Assembly (NCBI GenBank): GCA_965232345.1
Contig: OZ246969.1
Coordinates: 523,987-587,986 of the forward strand
DNA length: 64,000 bases
Direction: 5' to 3'
Source: Arenicellales bacterium
Lineage (GTDB): Bacteria > Pseudomonadota > Gammaproteobacteria > Arenicellales > JAJDZL01
Position numbers and translations under genes: made by a program
In this document: positions 29,652-40,427 of the stretch, piece after piece
How the letters are laid out: the number at the start of each line of letters is the position of its first letter
Position numbering within the stretch: the stretch's first letter is position 1
Notes under the pieces: model-generated
What the model saw: the letters and a program-made list of their open reading frames with translations, nothing else
Database searches by the model: none
What the model was told of the DNA's origin: nothing

Positions 29652-32476
29652 GGGATATCAACCTCATTCTCAATGCCGGCATCTGCCGTTTTGCTCTTGA
29701 TTCTGCAGACGGGGGTGATATGGCAGTACTGGCAGGCGTTGGGCAGAGGATCGGCAAACGCATCGCCCTCAATGAAGTCTGCCGCAAGCCTTTCAAGCCC
29801 CGTCAGCCAGTTGGAATCCAAGTCGCTTCTGAACTGATCGCTGATCGTCAAGGAGTTATTCCTGTTGCGCCTTTTGTTAACGACGAACAACTCCCAACTG
29901 TCCGCGCTCAATTCACCATCCTTCAGCTCAATGTAGGCGACATCTCTGATTTCGCATCCCTGCTGATGCATGGCAACCGCGTACGCGGCCAGCTGCGGAT
30001 CTTTCGGCCGATAGCCGCTGGCCTGACCGGCATTGCAGCTGCCAGTCTTGTAGTCAATCAGAATGCGCTGATCGTGGAAAGCGTCGATTCGATCGATTTT
30101 CAACCGCAGTGTCAGACCCGCCAGAGAAATCTCAGTGGGATGCTCGACATCCCAGATTTCGTAGGGAATCCATTTCAGAGGATCAGGACCGGGCTTTCTA
30201 TCCTTAGGCACATCTACACCTATCGCCTCGACAGTGCGTTTCATATCGAATTCAACCAGCTGATTCGCAAGATTCACCAGAATCTCCACTTCAACATCGG
30301 CGACTTCCCGGCTGAGCGGTCTGACAAGATTCTGACTGTGCTCATTCACCGCCGATTGGACGCAATCATTTACAACCTGTGACAACTCTCCTGAATCGAA
30401 AGCCGATTTCAGGGCTTGCGGAGTGGTATAGGCTGTGTAAAGCGACTCCGCCACCCGATGCATCAAGGAACCGCGCGCGAGCCTCGTTACGCCAATCTCA
30501 AGATCAGGCGGCTGCTGCAGATGCAGGCGATGCTCTGCGAACGCGCGGAACGGACAGTTCGACTGGTTCTTCAGAAGTCTGGTGCCGCCGGAAGTCCATT
30601 CTTCCAGATCCAGATGCGGGGCCTGCCAGTCATTCAGCGGCACGCAATGCTCGAATTCCCGTTCCAAAATGGAGGAATAGTCAGTGCAGGCGGCAATCTC
30701 ATCCCATTCCTTTGGATCAGCGCTTTGCGGGTGATTCAGCAGGTTGCTCTGCTGGTGGTGATCTCCGCCGTCCATCAGCGCATAGCTTTCAACAACGTGC
30801 TCAGCGCTCGATACGATCCGGTCATATCTTTTTCTCATCTGCTCATTCAGGACTGCGGCTGAACTGTTGGGGACGCCATATTTTTTCTGAACTGAAATCG
30901 GCAGAAACGGATTCGGCCTGGGCGAGCCGGGCACCGACTTCTCGTTCATGCCCAGCAGCCATAAATGGGTGAACGACTGACCTGCCATTGTCAGGAATTC
31001 GCCGACCTGAATCGGCACTCTCGCCGCTCTAGGCTGGACACTCGATTCGCCGACTCGCCGGATCAGCTTGGCGAGCGCGGTCTCGATTCTGCACTTCGAT
31101 GCGACAAATCCCAGCTCCGCAAGACTCTGAACGATGTCAACCCAGGAGCGATAAGCCTGCCACTCGTCAACGCCGAACGGACGGCCGCTTTTCTCGGCCG
31201 ACTGGAATGTCTCCATCCACTGCATGAAGAACTGTCCCCAGTATGCATAGTCCGCCGTGCTCGGCTGATTCGACAGCAGCTTTCTGGCTATCCGCAGCAG
31301 GCTGACGAGCTTTGGACACCTGACTGAGCCCCGCGTCGCCAGCGCGATGACATCGTCAAGTGACAGTCGATCACCGCCCACACCGAAAATCTCCCCGGCG
31401 AGCCTGGCGCGTTCAGCTGACTCCACATCCCAATCCTTGATTCGGTCTGACACAACAATCGACGCCATCACCTCGACGCTCACGGCGGGCCGAACCAGCT
31501 CCAGCAGATTCATGGCGTCAACCACAATCGGCACCTCGCTCAGCCGTCCGCCGAGAGTCATATGAAAGGGCAGCTTGTTCGTCTGCCTTTCTTCCAGCAC
31601 CGCGTCGGGATTGAGATAGTCAGAAAGTCTGCGACTCAACCGAGGTCCGACATCACCAAGACTGTGGACCGCGATGCCAACCCGATGAGCCTCGGGATTG
31701 GCTTCGACAACGACTCTCGCCCAGCGCGCGCAGGCATCGATCTCCTCGTCGGTCGTCGCGAACTCAAAGCGCTGATCCTGAGCCGCGTGCCGATCGGTTC
31801 CATGCTCAAGTATTTCAACTGAACCGGCTGCCTGGTTGATAGATTCAATCAACCGCTGAAGCTGAGGTGTCCAAATGTCGATTCCCGCGAAAACCACCGC
31901 AGGCCGAGCGCTGGAAAAAATCTTCTCAGCAACTTTGCAGATGTGATCCGCAAGACTCTCCCGATCGATGCAGTTCCGCTCCGTCAGCGCTTTCTGGTAT
32001 GCATCAAGCCAGATCTGAAAATGCTCTGCGTCGGCGCTCGCGCCGCCAGCGAAATCAGCTGGCTGAATGTCATAGCTACGCATCAGCTCATAAGCGTTCC
32101 TGACCTGGTTTGCCGTCGAAGTGATATGCCAAAGCAGGTATTCATAACCGGTGCTGTATTCGTCGCGGACACTCTTGGAGATGACCCGCTCCCAAATCTG
32201 CCTGGACTGCTCGGAACTCAGCAGCGTGCTGACCCTCTGATCCGACCGGTTCGAGTGATCGCGCCACAGCTTGCCGAGCCACGCGCTGACCGTGTAAACT
32301 TCAGGAGTCGCCCAAGCGGCCAGACCATCTGCGAGTTTGCTGCGATTGTATTCGTCAGCAATCAGATGCTGGAGACGCTTGGTGTCGACCAGAACAACAG
32401 CGCCGCCGCGCAGGCGATCTACGCAGTCGTCGATCAGGCTGCGCTTCAATGCATTGACAATGGGAATATTCAGCAC
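29648..32476 (-). CDS. PD-(D/E)xK nuclease family protein (AddB-like partner of the helicase-nuclease)
   Basis: C-terminal ILIDYKTGS nuclease motif and a Cys cluster (CQYCHITPVC). The ORF is open to 32560, which would overlap the hemH 3' end. I chose the GTG at 32476 (13-nt gap after the hemH stop); the start is uncertain. Confidence 0.72.
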   Translation of the reverse strand: MLNIPIVNALKRSLIDDCVDRLRGGAVVLVDTKRLQHLIADEYNRSKLADGLAAWATPEVYTVSAWLGKLWRDHSNRSDQRVSTLLSSEQSRQIWERVISKSVRDEYSTGYEYLLWHITSTANQVRNAYELMRSYDIQPADFAGGASADAEHFQIWLDAYQKALTERNCIDRESLADHICKVAEKIFSSARPAVVFAGIDIWTPQLQRLIESINQAAGSVEILEHGTDRHAAQDQRFEFATTDEEIDACARWARVVVEANPEAHRVGIAVHSLGDVGPRLSRRLSDYLNPDAVLEERQTNKLPFHMTLGGRLSEVPIVVDAMNLLELVRPAVSVEVMASIVVSDRIKDWDVESAERARLAGEIFGVGGDRLSLDDVIALATRGSVRCPKLVSLLRIARKLLSNQPSTADYAYWGQFFMQWMETFQSAEKSGRPFGVDEWQAYRSWVDIVQSLAELGFVASKCRIETALAKLIRRVGESSVQPRAARVPIQVGEFLTMAGQSFTHLWLLGMNEKSVPGSPRPNPFLPISVQKKYGVPNSSAAVLNEQMRKRYDRIVSSAEHVVESYALMDGGDHHQQSNLLNHPQSADPKEWDEIAACTDYSSILEREFEHCVPLNDWQAPHLDLEEWTSGGTRLLKNQSNCPFRAFAEHRLHLQQPPDLEIGVTRLARGSLMHRVAESLYTAYTTPQALKSAFDSGELSQVVNDCVQSAVNEHSQNLVRPLSREVADVEVEILVNLANQLVEFDMKRTVEAIGVDVPKDRKPGPDPLKWIPYEIWDVEHPTEISLAGLTLRLKIDRIDAFHDQRILIDYKTGSCNAGQASGYRPKDPQLAAYAVAMHQQGCEIRDVAYIELKDGELSADSWELFVVNKRRNRNNSLTISDQFRSDLDSNWLTGLERLAADFIEGDAFADPLPNACQYCHITPVCRIKSKTADAGIENEVDIP

Positions 32477-32489
32477 TCTCTCTCGCTGG

Positions 32490-33515
32490 CTATCGCGGCC
32501 GCAGCCAGTCTCCCGCGCTTGCGCGGACAAAACTGTCCAGCATCTGAATGTGCTCTGCACGGTCGTTCAGACAAGGTATGTAGCTGAACGACTCTCCTCC
32601 GGAAGAAAGAAACAGCTCCCGATAGCCCATGTTGACTTCTTCCAAGGTCTCCAGGCAGTCTGCTGAAAAGCCCGGGCAGATCACATCGACACTTTTGAAT
32701 CCCTGTGTGGGCAGTTCCTGAAAAACCTGCTCGGCGTAGGGCTGCAGCCAGGCTTTAGGCCCGAATCTGGACTGAAAGCACAATCGCCACTCGGGCGGAT
32801 CAAGCCGGCCGGCCAGCAGACTGGCGGTTTCGGCACACTGCTTCTGATAGGGATCGCCGGCATCACAGACTTCCTGAGGCAGTCCGTGAAAAGACATGAC
32901 CAGACAATCCGACTGACCATTGCCAGACCAGTGCTGCCGGACAGTCTGCTCAAGGCACTCGATGTACTCCCCGCGAGTCGCATAGCCGTTCATGAAGCGG
33001 ATTTCCGGCACGAACCGCCGCTTCGCCAGCACCTTGCCGATCTCATCGAATATTGAAGCGGTTGTCGATCCGGAATACTGAGGATACATTGGAATCACCA
33101 GCACCCGGTCGATCCCCTGCCCCGTCAGCGCATCCAGCACCTCAGCAATCGAAGGGCTTCCGTATCGCATCGCGTGCCGCACGACACATCCATCTGCACC
33201 GTTGGTTCTCAGAAACTTTTTCAATCCTTCTGCCTGCTTGACTGCATTGATCATCAGCGGGGAGCCGCCATCCTGCCACACTTTCTGGTACGCTTCCGCG
33301 CTTCGTCGCGGACGGGTGACCAGAACGATGCCGTTCAGTATGAACCACCAGACCAATTTTGGCAACTCGACAACGCGAGTGTCCGACAGGAATTGTCGTA
33401 GAAATCGTCTGACAGATGATGGTGACGGCGAATCCGGAGTGCCCAGATTCACAAGCATGACACCGAATCGTTTCGTATCAGATCCCTGATCGAAATTATC
33501 GATGTACTTTGGCAT
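32490..33515 (-). CDS. hemH: ferrochelatase
   Basis: 341-aa ORF with VMLVNLGTPDSP, PMYPQYS and SFHGLP motifs. Confidence 0.9.
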   Translation of the reverse strand: MPKYIDNFDQGSDTKRFGVMLVNLGTPDSPSPSSVRRFLRQFLSDTRVVELPKLVWWFILNGIVLVTRPRRSAEAYQKVWQDGGSPLMINAVKQAEGLKKFLRTNGADGCVVRHAMRYGSPSIAEVLDALTGQGIDRVLVIPMYPQYSGSTTASIFDEIGKVLAKRRFVPEIRFMNGYATRGEYIECLEQTVRQHWSGNGQSDCLVMSFHGLPQEVCDAGDPYQKQCAETASLLAGRLDPPEWRLCFQSRFGPKAWLQPYAEQVFQELPTQGFKSVDVICPGFSADCLETLEEVNMGYRELFLSSGGESFSYIPCLNDRAEHIQMLDSFVRASAGDWLRPR

Positions 33516-33535
33516 CCGGCGTTTCGTCGCCGCGG

Positions 33536-34651
33536 TCAGGCAGATGGAACCGGGGGTGCGTATTTTTTGCCGAACTCAATCATCCGCCGAATCGAGCGCT
33601 CCGCCTGTTTGCGAATCCGCTCGTCGACATGGACTTCATCGGAAAGATTCGCGAGCACATTCTTGAGCCGCTGCAAGTCATTCATCTTCATCCAGGGGCA
33701 GTGCCCGCAGCTCTCGCAGGTCGCGCCCTCGCCCGCAGTCGGCGCGGTGATGAAGGTCTTGTCAGGGGTCAGCATGCGCATCTTGTGCAAAATGCCCTCT
33801 TCGGTTGCAACGATGAAGGTGTCTTCCGGCAAAGTCTGTGCCGCCCGAATGATCTGGCTGGTGGAGCCGACGACATCGGCAAGCGCAATGACTGAGGCGG
33901 GTGATTCGGGATGCACCAGGACCTTGGCGCGCGGATGGCGGCGTATCAGATTCTCAAGCACCACGCCCTTGAACTCCTCATGCACGATGCACGCGCCGTT
34001 CCACATCAACATGTCGGCGCCCGACTCGCGTTTGATATAGTCGCCGAGATACTTGTCCGGCGCCCAGAGAATCTTCTCACCCTGAGTGTGCAGGTGCTCG
34101 ACCAGCTTGAGACCGATGGAGGATGTCACCACCCAGTCCGCGCGGGCTTTTACCGCGGCGCTGGTATTCGCATAGACAACCACTGTCCGTTCGGGATGCT
34201 GATCGCAGAACCCGGCGAACTCATCCGCCGGACAGCCAAGATCAAGGGAGCAGTTCGCGTCATTCTCGACCGCGAAGACGCGCTTTTCGGGACTCAGGAT
34301 TTTTGCGGTTTCAGCCATGAAGCGGACACCGGACACCACGACAGTGGATGCCGGGTGCTCGAATCCGAAGCGCGCCATCTCAAGTGAATCCGCGACAAAT
34401 CCACCGGTCTGCTCTGCCAGGTCCTGAATGTCACCATCAACGTAGTAATGCGCAACCAGCACCGCATCTCTGCGCTCAAGCAGCTCTGCGATTTCCTCGA
34501 ACAGATCCGTTTTCTGCTGTTCGTCCGCGATCAAGCCTGCGCGGCTTCGAGCATCCCGCGCGGCGAAGACAATATCGTCTACAGCGGAATTTGACGGCTG
34601 GTGAATTGAGGAACCCATTGGCGAAATGGCTTTTACGAACTTGAATGTCAA
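33536..34651 (-). CDS. nadA: quinolinate synthase
   Basis: 371-aa ORF with [14 protein letters not shown] and three-repeat NadA architecture with conserved Cys. The track start is TTG; the ATG at 34618 is an alternative. Confidence 0.88.
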   Translation of the reverse strand: MTFKFVKAISPMGSSIHQPSNSAVDDIVFAARDARSRAGLIADEQQKTDLFEEIAELLERRDAVLVAHYYVDGDIQDLAEQTGGFVADSLEMARFGFEHPASTVVVSGVRFMAETAKILSPEKRVFAVENDANCSLDLGCPADEFAGFCDQHPERTVVVYANTSAAVKARADWVVTSSIGLKLVEHLHTQGEKILWAPDKYLGDYIKRESGADMLMWNGACIVHEEFKGVVLENLIRRHPRAKVLVHPESPASVIALADVVGSTSQIIRAAQTLPEDTFIVATEEGILHKMRMLTPDKTFITAPTAGEGATCESCGHCPWMKMNDLQRLKNVLANLSDEVHVDERIRKQAERSIRRMIEFGKKYAPPVPSA

Positions 34652-34833
34652 TTCATTTTAATTGATGGCAGCCAAAACCCAAAATCGACGCAAGTTGAGA
34701 TTTCAATCTCTGTCAGGGCCGCGTGGCAATTTTTCAAAGATGCCTCCCCGGATCGACGCGCCCTGCGACTATTTTGTCAGGCGGCAGAATACCAAAAGCG
34801 GACCCTGCCGCCTGAAATGACCGATCTCCGGCA

Positions 34834-35292
34834 CTAATGCTCAGGATAGTACGGTGCGACCGCCTCGACTGCGAGCGACAGGCTGTCGACACTCTCCATA
34901 TCTGAGTTCTGCTTGGCAACCATCGCAGCCACGATCACAGCGTGGTGTCTCTGCAGACGCTCTGCATAATCTTCCTGTGACGCCTTGACGCGCTGTGTCA
35001 GGAAGTAATCGCTGATCGAATCGATGATGTTCTGCGCATGCTGCTCTTTGTTCATCACCCATCGCACCAGCTGGTTCTGCGACTGCGGGTCTGTTTTTCC
35101 GGCCAGCTCGTTTATCAGCGTGACTGACTTGTGAATGGTCGCGACATCCTCTCGCATGGTGGCAACGCGTGCGTGGTCATCGTATATTCCGCAGGGAATC
35201 TGACAGTGCGCGAGCGACTGATCGGTGAAAGAGAACAGAATCAGCGCTGCGACGAAGCTCGGCAGCACACATTTTGCAATCAAGTTTTTCAT
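34834..35292 (-). CDS. sodN: nickel-containing superoxide dismutase precursor
   Basis: The Ni-hook motif HCQIPCGIYDD follows a 28-aa leader, MKNLIAKCVLPSFVAALILFSFTDQSLA. The start is placed at the ATG at 35292 rather than the ORF-track start at 35391. Confidence 0.85.
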   Translation of the reverse strand: MKNLIAKCVLPSFVAALILFSFTDQSLAHCQIPCGIYDDHARVATMREDVATIHKSVTLINELAGKTDPQSQNQLVRWVMNKEQHAQNIIDSISDYFLTQRVKASQEDYAERLQRHHAVIVAAMVAKQNSDMESVDSLSLAVEAVAPYYPEH

Positions 35293-35460
35293 TTGAACCC
35301 TCACTGGATTAGTTGAACTTCCCATTGTTTCGAAAATCGGAGTCCGATGGCGCTTTGTGAATTCAACATGCTGCGTCAGACTCTCGTTCAACTCTCAATA
35401 TATATTCGAAATTGCGCTTCATCGGTGCGTCAATTCCATGAATTATCACGGCGCGAAGCA

Positions 35461-36528
35461 ATGCCGATTCCGCTTCCGCTCAAAATTCAATTAAAATTGA
35501 CTTGCATTACGCTTCGATCAGTTCGCTCAATCCAACCTGTCATCAATTCACCCGTGGCTGCAACCAAATCCCTGGAAACCGGCGTCAAGTACCGCGGCGC
35601 TGACAAGACAAGCCGAATTCCGGTTCGAATCGAACCGCAGAAAGATCACGAGGTTCTCAGAAAACCGCCTTGGATTCGAGCGAAATTTCCCGGCACACCC
35701 GAAGTGCTGCGACTGAAGAGCATTCTTCGGGAGAACCGTCTCAATACCGTCTGCGAGGAAGCCTCCTGTCCCAACATCGGCGAGTGTTTCAGCAACGGCA
35801 CCGCGACTTTCATGATTCTCGGCGATATCTGCACCCGAAGATGCCCGTTCTGCGATGTCGCCCACGGACGGCCGAATCCGCCTGACTCTTCAGAGCCCTC
35901 GAACCTTGCCAAAACCGTCAAGCACATGGAGCTTCGCTATGTGGTGGTCACATCAGTCGACCGGGATGACTTGCGAGATGGCGGAGCATCCCATTTCGCG
36001 GACTGCATACTCGCCATGCGCGAAGCCTGCCCGGCAACAGCGGTCGAGATTCTGGTGCCGGATTTCCGCGCCCGCATGGACCGAGCCATCGAGAATCTGT
36101 CGGTTTCGCCGCCGGATGTCTTCAGTCACAATCTTGAAACCGTGCCGCGTCTTTATCGGGCGGTGCGCCCCGGGTCTGACTACGGCCATTCGCTGGCACT
36201 TCTGAAGCGTTTCGGCGCACGACATCCGGACATCGAGACAAAATCCGGGATCATGCTGGGGGTTGGTGAGACCAAGGAAGAGGTGATTGAACTCATGCAT
36301 GACCTTCGCGAGCACAATGTCAGCATTTTCACCATCGGCCAGTACCTGCAGCCCAGCCGCCATCATTTGCCGGTGCTTCGCTACGCGCCGCTTGAGGAAT
36401 TCGACGAGTACCGCGTTTTGGGCGAATCACTTGGCTTCTCCCAGATCGCGTCCGGACCGCTGGTTCGCTCTTCTTATCGCGCCGATCAATATGCGCCGAA
36501 AGCCATTGCGAGACGGAGCGCCGCCTGA
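35461..36528 (+). CDS. lipA: lipoyl synthase
   Basis: [12 protein letters not shown] and the radical-SAM CTRRCPFC motif are present. The track ORF starts at 35347 and overlaps the sodN promoter region. The ATG at 35461 is my guess; the exact start is uncertain. Confidence 0.88.
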   Translation: MPIPLPLKIQLKLTCITLRSVRSIQPVINSPVAATKSLETGVKYRGADKTSRIPVRIEPQKDHEVLRKPPWIRAKFPGTPEVLRLKSILRENRLNTVCEEASCPNIGECFSNGTATFMILGDICTRRCPFCDVAHGRPNPPDSSEPSNLAKTVKHMELRYVVVTSVDRDDLRDGGASHFADCILAMREACPATAVEILVPDFRARMDRAIENLSVSPPDVFSHNLETVPRLYRAVRPGSDYGHSLALLKRFGARHPDIETKSGIMLGVGETKEEVIELMHDLREHNVSIFTIGQYLQPSRHHLPVLRYAPLEEFDEYRVLGESLGFSQIASGPLVRSSYRADQYAPKAIARRSAA

Positions 36529-36530
36529 TC

Positions 36531-36566
36531 AGCTCCCTGCAAAGCCGCAGACAGTGGAGCTTTTTC
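36531..36566 (+). terminator. candidate intrinsic terminator after lipA
   Basis: AGCTCC-CTGC-aaagcc-GCAG-acagt-GGAGCT followed by TTTT, starting 3 nt after the lipA stop. The stem is interrupted. Confidence 0.4.
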
Positions 36567-36863
36567 GCTGTTTCAACTCCGGCCGCACTTCTCTCTTGGA
36601 AGCGTTTGGCACACGCTTTGCTCACCAGCCGCCGCAGTTTTGGAAACCAACCCAACCGATACGCAATTTGTGTTTACAATATCAGCAATTGACTTTAGTG
36701 TTGATTGGTAATGAGGATATTGGAGAGATTCTGATCTGCTTTGCAAACGGGCAATCTGTTGCTGAACAATCGCCTGGTTCCAGCGGGTTGGAAAAATTCA
36801 ATACTTTCTTGCTACAATAACTATTGAAATGGAATCAACCTAATTACTTTATGAGGTAAAAAA

Positions 36864-37889
36864 ATGAGATTGACTAAATATCTTTCGATCGTGCTGGCAG
36901 TACTGGCCCTGGGTGTAACCGGAGTCAGCAATGCCGGAACTCTCGATGATGTTAAAGAGAGAGGCCATCTCCAATGTGGCATCAATACTGGCTTGACTGG
37001 CTTTGCATTCACCGATGATGCCGGAAACTGGCAAGGCTTTGACGTGGCGCTGTGCCAGGCAGTCGCTGCCGCAGTGTTTGGCGATGCTTCCGCAGTCAAG
37101 TACACCAACTTGACAGGCAAGACCAGATTCGAAGCGTTGAAAGCTGGCGAGATCGACATGCTCTCCCGCAACACGACCTGGACTTACAGTCGTGACGTCG
37201 ATCTGAAGCTGACGTTTCTTGGTGTCAATTACTACGACGGTCAGGGCTTCATGGCTCCGGCTTCTTTAGGTGTGACCAGCGCAACGCAGCTGGAAGGCGC
37301 ATCCGTCTGCATCCAGACAGGAACAACAACCGAGTTGAACCTGGCTGACTTCTTCCGCAGCAACAATATGGAATACGAAGCGGTTCCGATTGAAACCAAC
37401 GAAGAGGCAAGGAACAGTTATCTGGCCGGCCGCTGTGATGTGTACACAACGGACCGATCCGGTCTTGCCGCGACCCGCGCAAGCCTGGACAATCCGAATG
37501 ACCATGTCGTTCTGCCGGAAATCATCTCGAAAGAGCCGCTCGGGCCCTTGGTTCGACACGGCGACGATGAGTGGGGTGACGTTGTTCGCTGGACCTTGAA
37601 TGTTCTCATCATCGCTGAAGAGAAAGGCGTGACCAAAGACAATGTCGCCGCAATGGCCGCTGAAGCCCAGAAGGATGCAGAACTGAATCGCATGTTCGGC
37701 ACTGAAGGTGAATACGGCGCAATGCTCGGCCTGAGCAAGACTTGGGTCGTGGACGTGCTTGCCGCAGTCGGCAACTACGGCGAAATCTTTGAGCAGTATC
37801 TCGGTGTCAACACTGACATCGGACTGGAAAGAGGCGTGAACGCTCTGTGGACCGATGGAGGTCTGATTTACGCACCGCCTTATCGGTAA
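36864..37889 (+). CDS. aapJ: general L-amino-acid ABC transporter substrate-binding protein
   Basis: 341-aa ORF with a signal peptide (LAVLALGVTGVSNA). It has AapJ/BztA-like sequence (GHLQCGINTGLTGFAF..., GEIDMLSRNTTWT). Confidence 0.8.
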   Translation: MRLTKYLSIVLAVLALGVTGVSNAGTLDDVKERGHLQCGINTGLTGFAFTDDAGNWQGFDVALCQAVAAAVFGDASAVKYTNLTGKTRFEALKAGEIDMLSRNTTWTYSRDVDLKLTFLGVNYYDGQGFMAPASLGVTSATQLEGASVCIQTGTTTELNLADFFRSNNMEYEAVPIETNEEARNSYLAGRCDVYTTDRSGLAATRASLDNPNDHVVLPEIISKEPLGPLVRHGDDEWGDVVRWTLNVLIIAEEKGVTKDNVAAMAAEAQKDAELNRMFGTEGEYGAMLGLSKTWVVDVLAAVGNYGEIFEQYLGVNTDIGLERGVNALWTDGGLIYAPPYR

Positions 37890-37899
37890 GGTAAATTCA

Positions 37900-37935
37900 G
37901 AAACGGCGTGTGGCGACACACGCCGTTTCTTTATC
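37900..37935 (+). terminator. intrinsic terminator/attenuator between the binding-protein and permease genes
   Basis: Perfect 13-bp stem GAAACGGCGTGTG / CACACGCCGTTTC with a GCGA loop, followed by TTTATC. Confidence 0.75.
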
Positions 37936-37977
37936 ACCTGAATTCAACCCACCTCAACCCGAGAATTCGAGTAATTC

Positions 37978-39138
37978 GTGAATCTGCAGAATTTATGGAC
38001 TGACCGGCACTCGAGGCAGATGATCATTCAGATCGTCGTCATCGTCATTGTGCTGTCACTGCTTGGATTCTTCATACGCAACACGCTCAACAACCTCGAA
38101 ATGCTGGGAAGAGAAGCTGGCTACAGCTTTCTTTTCACACCCTCCAACTACGACATCAACCAGCATCTGATCGAATACTCCTCGCGCAGCACCCATCTGC
38201 GCGCAACCATCGTCGGCCTGATCAACACCGGACTGGTGGCGATCTGCGGAATCATACTGGCCACGCTGATCGGCTTCGTTGCCGGCGTGCTGCGCCTGTC
38301 ATCGAATTTTCTGGCCAACCGGATTGTCTATATTTTTGTTGAATTCACTCGCAATGTTCCGGTTCTGCTGTGGATACTGCTGTGGCACGGTGTGCTGATT
38401 CACAGCCTGCCACACCCGCGCCAATCCATCACACTCAGCGACTTCGCATTTCTCAGCAACCGCGGGTTTTATGTGCCCAAACCCCTGCTTGAGCCCCACT
38501 TCTGGTGGGTGACCATTGCAACTGTTCTTGCCGTTGCCGGCGCGGTCGTTCTGGCGCGGCACGCTAAAAGGAAACAGGAACTGACCGGTGAGCGGCTTCC
38601 AGTCATCTGGATCAATACAGCCATCATCGTTGTCGTGCCCATACTGATATTCTTCCTGGCGGGGACCCCCGCGACGCTTGAATTTCCAGAATTCAAGGGT
38701 TTCAACTACAAAGGCGGCCTGGTGCTGACTCCCGAATTCATCGCCCTGACACTGGCGCTTGCAGTCTACACCGGCGCCTTCATCGCCGAGATTGTGCGCG
38801 CTGGCATTCTGTCCGTCAGTCACGGGCAGACCGAAGCTTCCTACGCACTGGGACTCAAGCCGAACTGGACCATGCGGCTGGTGATTCTGCCGCAGGCGCT
38901 CAGAGTTGTCGTGCCGCCGATGATCAGCCAATACCTGAATCTGACAAAGAACTCCTCGCTGGCGATCGCTGTCGGCTACATGGATGTCGTCGCGACGATC
39001 GGCGGCATCTCACTGAATCAGACCGGCCGCGCGCTGGAGTGCATGTCGATCGTGCTGACGATTTATCTTTGCATCTCGCTTCTGATCTCGGCATTCATGA
39101 ACTGGTACAACAAGAAAATCTCTCTGGTCGAGCGATAA
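37978..39138 (+). CDS. aapQ: amino-acid ABC transporter permease
   Basis: 386-aa multi-TM ORF with the EAA-type loop of His/Glu/Gln/Arg-family permeases (GQTEASYALGL...ILPQALR). Confidence 0.8.
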   Translation: MNLQNLWTDRHSRQMIIQIVVIVIVLSLLGFFIRNTLNNLEMLGREAGYSFLFTPSNYDINQHLIEYSSRSTHLRATIVGLINTGLVAICGIILATLIGFVAGVLRLSSNFLANRIVYIFVEFTRNVPVLLWILLWHGVLIHSLPHPRQSITLSDFAFLSNRGFYVPKPLLEPHFWWVTIATVLAVAGAVVLARHAKRKQELTGERLPVIWINTAIIVVVPILIFFLAGTPATLEFPEFKGFNYKGGLVLTPEFIALTLALAVYTGAFIAEIVRAGILSVSHGQTEASYALGLKPNWTMRLVILPQALRVVVPPMISQYLNLTKNSSLAIAVGYMDVVATIGGISLNQTGRALECMSIVLTIYLCISLLISAFMNWYNKKISLVER

Positions 39139-39147
39139 GTTACGAGC

Positions 39148-40416
39148 ATGGCAGAAATTCAGCAAGACTACGAACCCGGCACCCATGCCAGCCTGCCGCC
39201 GCCTGTATCCCAGGTCGGCATCACCGGCTGGATGCGCAAGAACCTGTTCTCCAGCCCCACAAATGTCATCCTGACAATTGTGGCGGTCTACTTTCTTTAC
39301 AAGATCATTCCACCGTTCCTGAACTGGGCGTTTTTCGATGCGGTGTTCTCAGACGTCACTCACCGCAATGAGTGCCGCGAGATCGGTGAGGGCGCCTGCT
39401 GGTCAGTGGTGAGAGCGCGGCTTGAGCAGTTTCTCTATGGGTTCTATCCGGAGCATCTTCGCTGGCGGGTCAACCTGACGTTCGTCCTGATGTTCGTCGC
39501 GCTGCTTCCGCTGCTGTACGACGAAATTCCGAAACGCGCGTTTGCGCTGATGTATCCGCTGGTCGCCTTCTTCATGCTTTGGGGCGGCTGGGACCTGGAC
39601 GACTCCAGCTGGCGGATCAATCTGACATTCGTCGTTGTTCTGATGGCGCTGATGCCACTGGTTTACGACAAGGTGCCGAAACGCAGACTGCTGCTGTATT
39701 TCGCGCTGATATACCCGTTCTTCGCGTTTTTCATGCTTTGGGGCGGCCTGGGAATGGAAGAGGTCGAATCTGCCAAATTCGGCGGATTCCTGCTCACGGT
39801 GCTGATCGGCATGACCGGCATTGTTGTGTCATTGCCGCTTGGAATCGCCCTGTCCCTGGGCCGGCATTCATCGATGCCGATCGTCAAGCTGCTGAGTGTC
39901 TGGTATATCGAATTTTTCCGCGGCGTGCCCTTGATCACACTATTGTTTGTGGCATCAACGCTGCTGAACTACTTCATGCCCCCGGGCACCTACTTCGACC
40001 TGCTGCTCAGAGTCATCATCATGGTGATTCTATTCTCAGCCGCCTACATTGCGGAGGTGGTGAGAGGCGGACTCGCGGCCATTCCCAAGGGGCAGTTCGA
40101 GGCGGCTGACGCGCTGGGGCTCAACTACGCGAAATCCATGCGTCTAGTCGTTCTGCCGCAGGCGCTCAAGATCTCCATCCCAGGCATCGTCAATACGTTC
40201 ATCGGGCTTTACAAGGACACCACCCTGGTGGTTATCGTCGGTCTGCTTGACCCGCTCGGCATATCCAGAGCGACACTTGCCGATTCCAGCTGGCAGGGGC
40301 TGTCAACTGAACTATACATCTTCATCGCACTCGGATTTTTCATCTCGTGCTTCGCCATGTCTCGCTACTCACTGTATCTGGAGCGAAAACTGGATACCGG
40401 ACATCGCGACAAGTAA
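39148..40416 (+). CDS. aapM: amino-acid ABC transporter permease (with internal two-helix duplication)
   Basis: 422-aa multi-TM ORF with the EAA-type loop [11 protein letters not shown]...VLPQALK. A tandem duplicated module of about 49 aa lies at aa 106-204. Confidence 0.8.
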   Translation: MAEIQQDYEPGTHASLPPPVSQVGITGWMRKNLFSSPTNVILTIVAVYFLYKIIPPFLNWAFFDAVFSDVTHRNECREIGEGACWSVVRARLEQFLYGFYPEHLRWRVNLTFVLMFVALLPLLYDEIPKRAFALMYPLVAFFMLWGGWDLDDSSWRINLTFVVVLMALMPLVYDKVPKRRLLLYFALIYPFFAFFMLWGGLGMEEVESAKFGGFLLTVLIGMTGIVVSLPLGIALSLGRHSSMPIVKLLSVWYIEFFRGVPLITLLFVASTLLNYFMPPGTYFDLLLRVIIMVILFSAAYIAEVVRGGLAAIPKGQFEAADALGLNYAKSMRLVVLPQALKISIPGIVNTFIGLYKDTTLVVIVGLLDPLGISRATLADSSWQGLSTELYIFIALGFFISCFAMSRYSLYLERKLDTGHRDK

Positions 40417-40427
40417 GGAGGACTTCA

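Noticed and set aside
32477-32560. The upstream extension of the AddB-like ORF, which overlaps the 3' end of hemH.
   Set aside because: It would require a 71-nt overlap with the upstream hemH. A GTG at 32476 just after the hemH stop is a simpler start. This remains uncertain without homolog alignment.
35293-35460. Extended ORF-track starts for sodN (to 35391) and lipA (from 35347), which would make the two divergent genes overlap.
   Set aside because: Homology-bearing sequence begins later in both genes (the leader plus Ni-hook for sodN, the conserved LipA core for lipA). The extensions would eliminate the shared promoter region.
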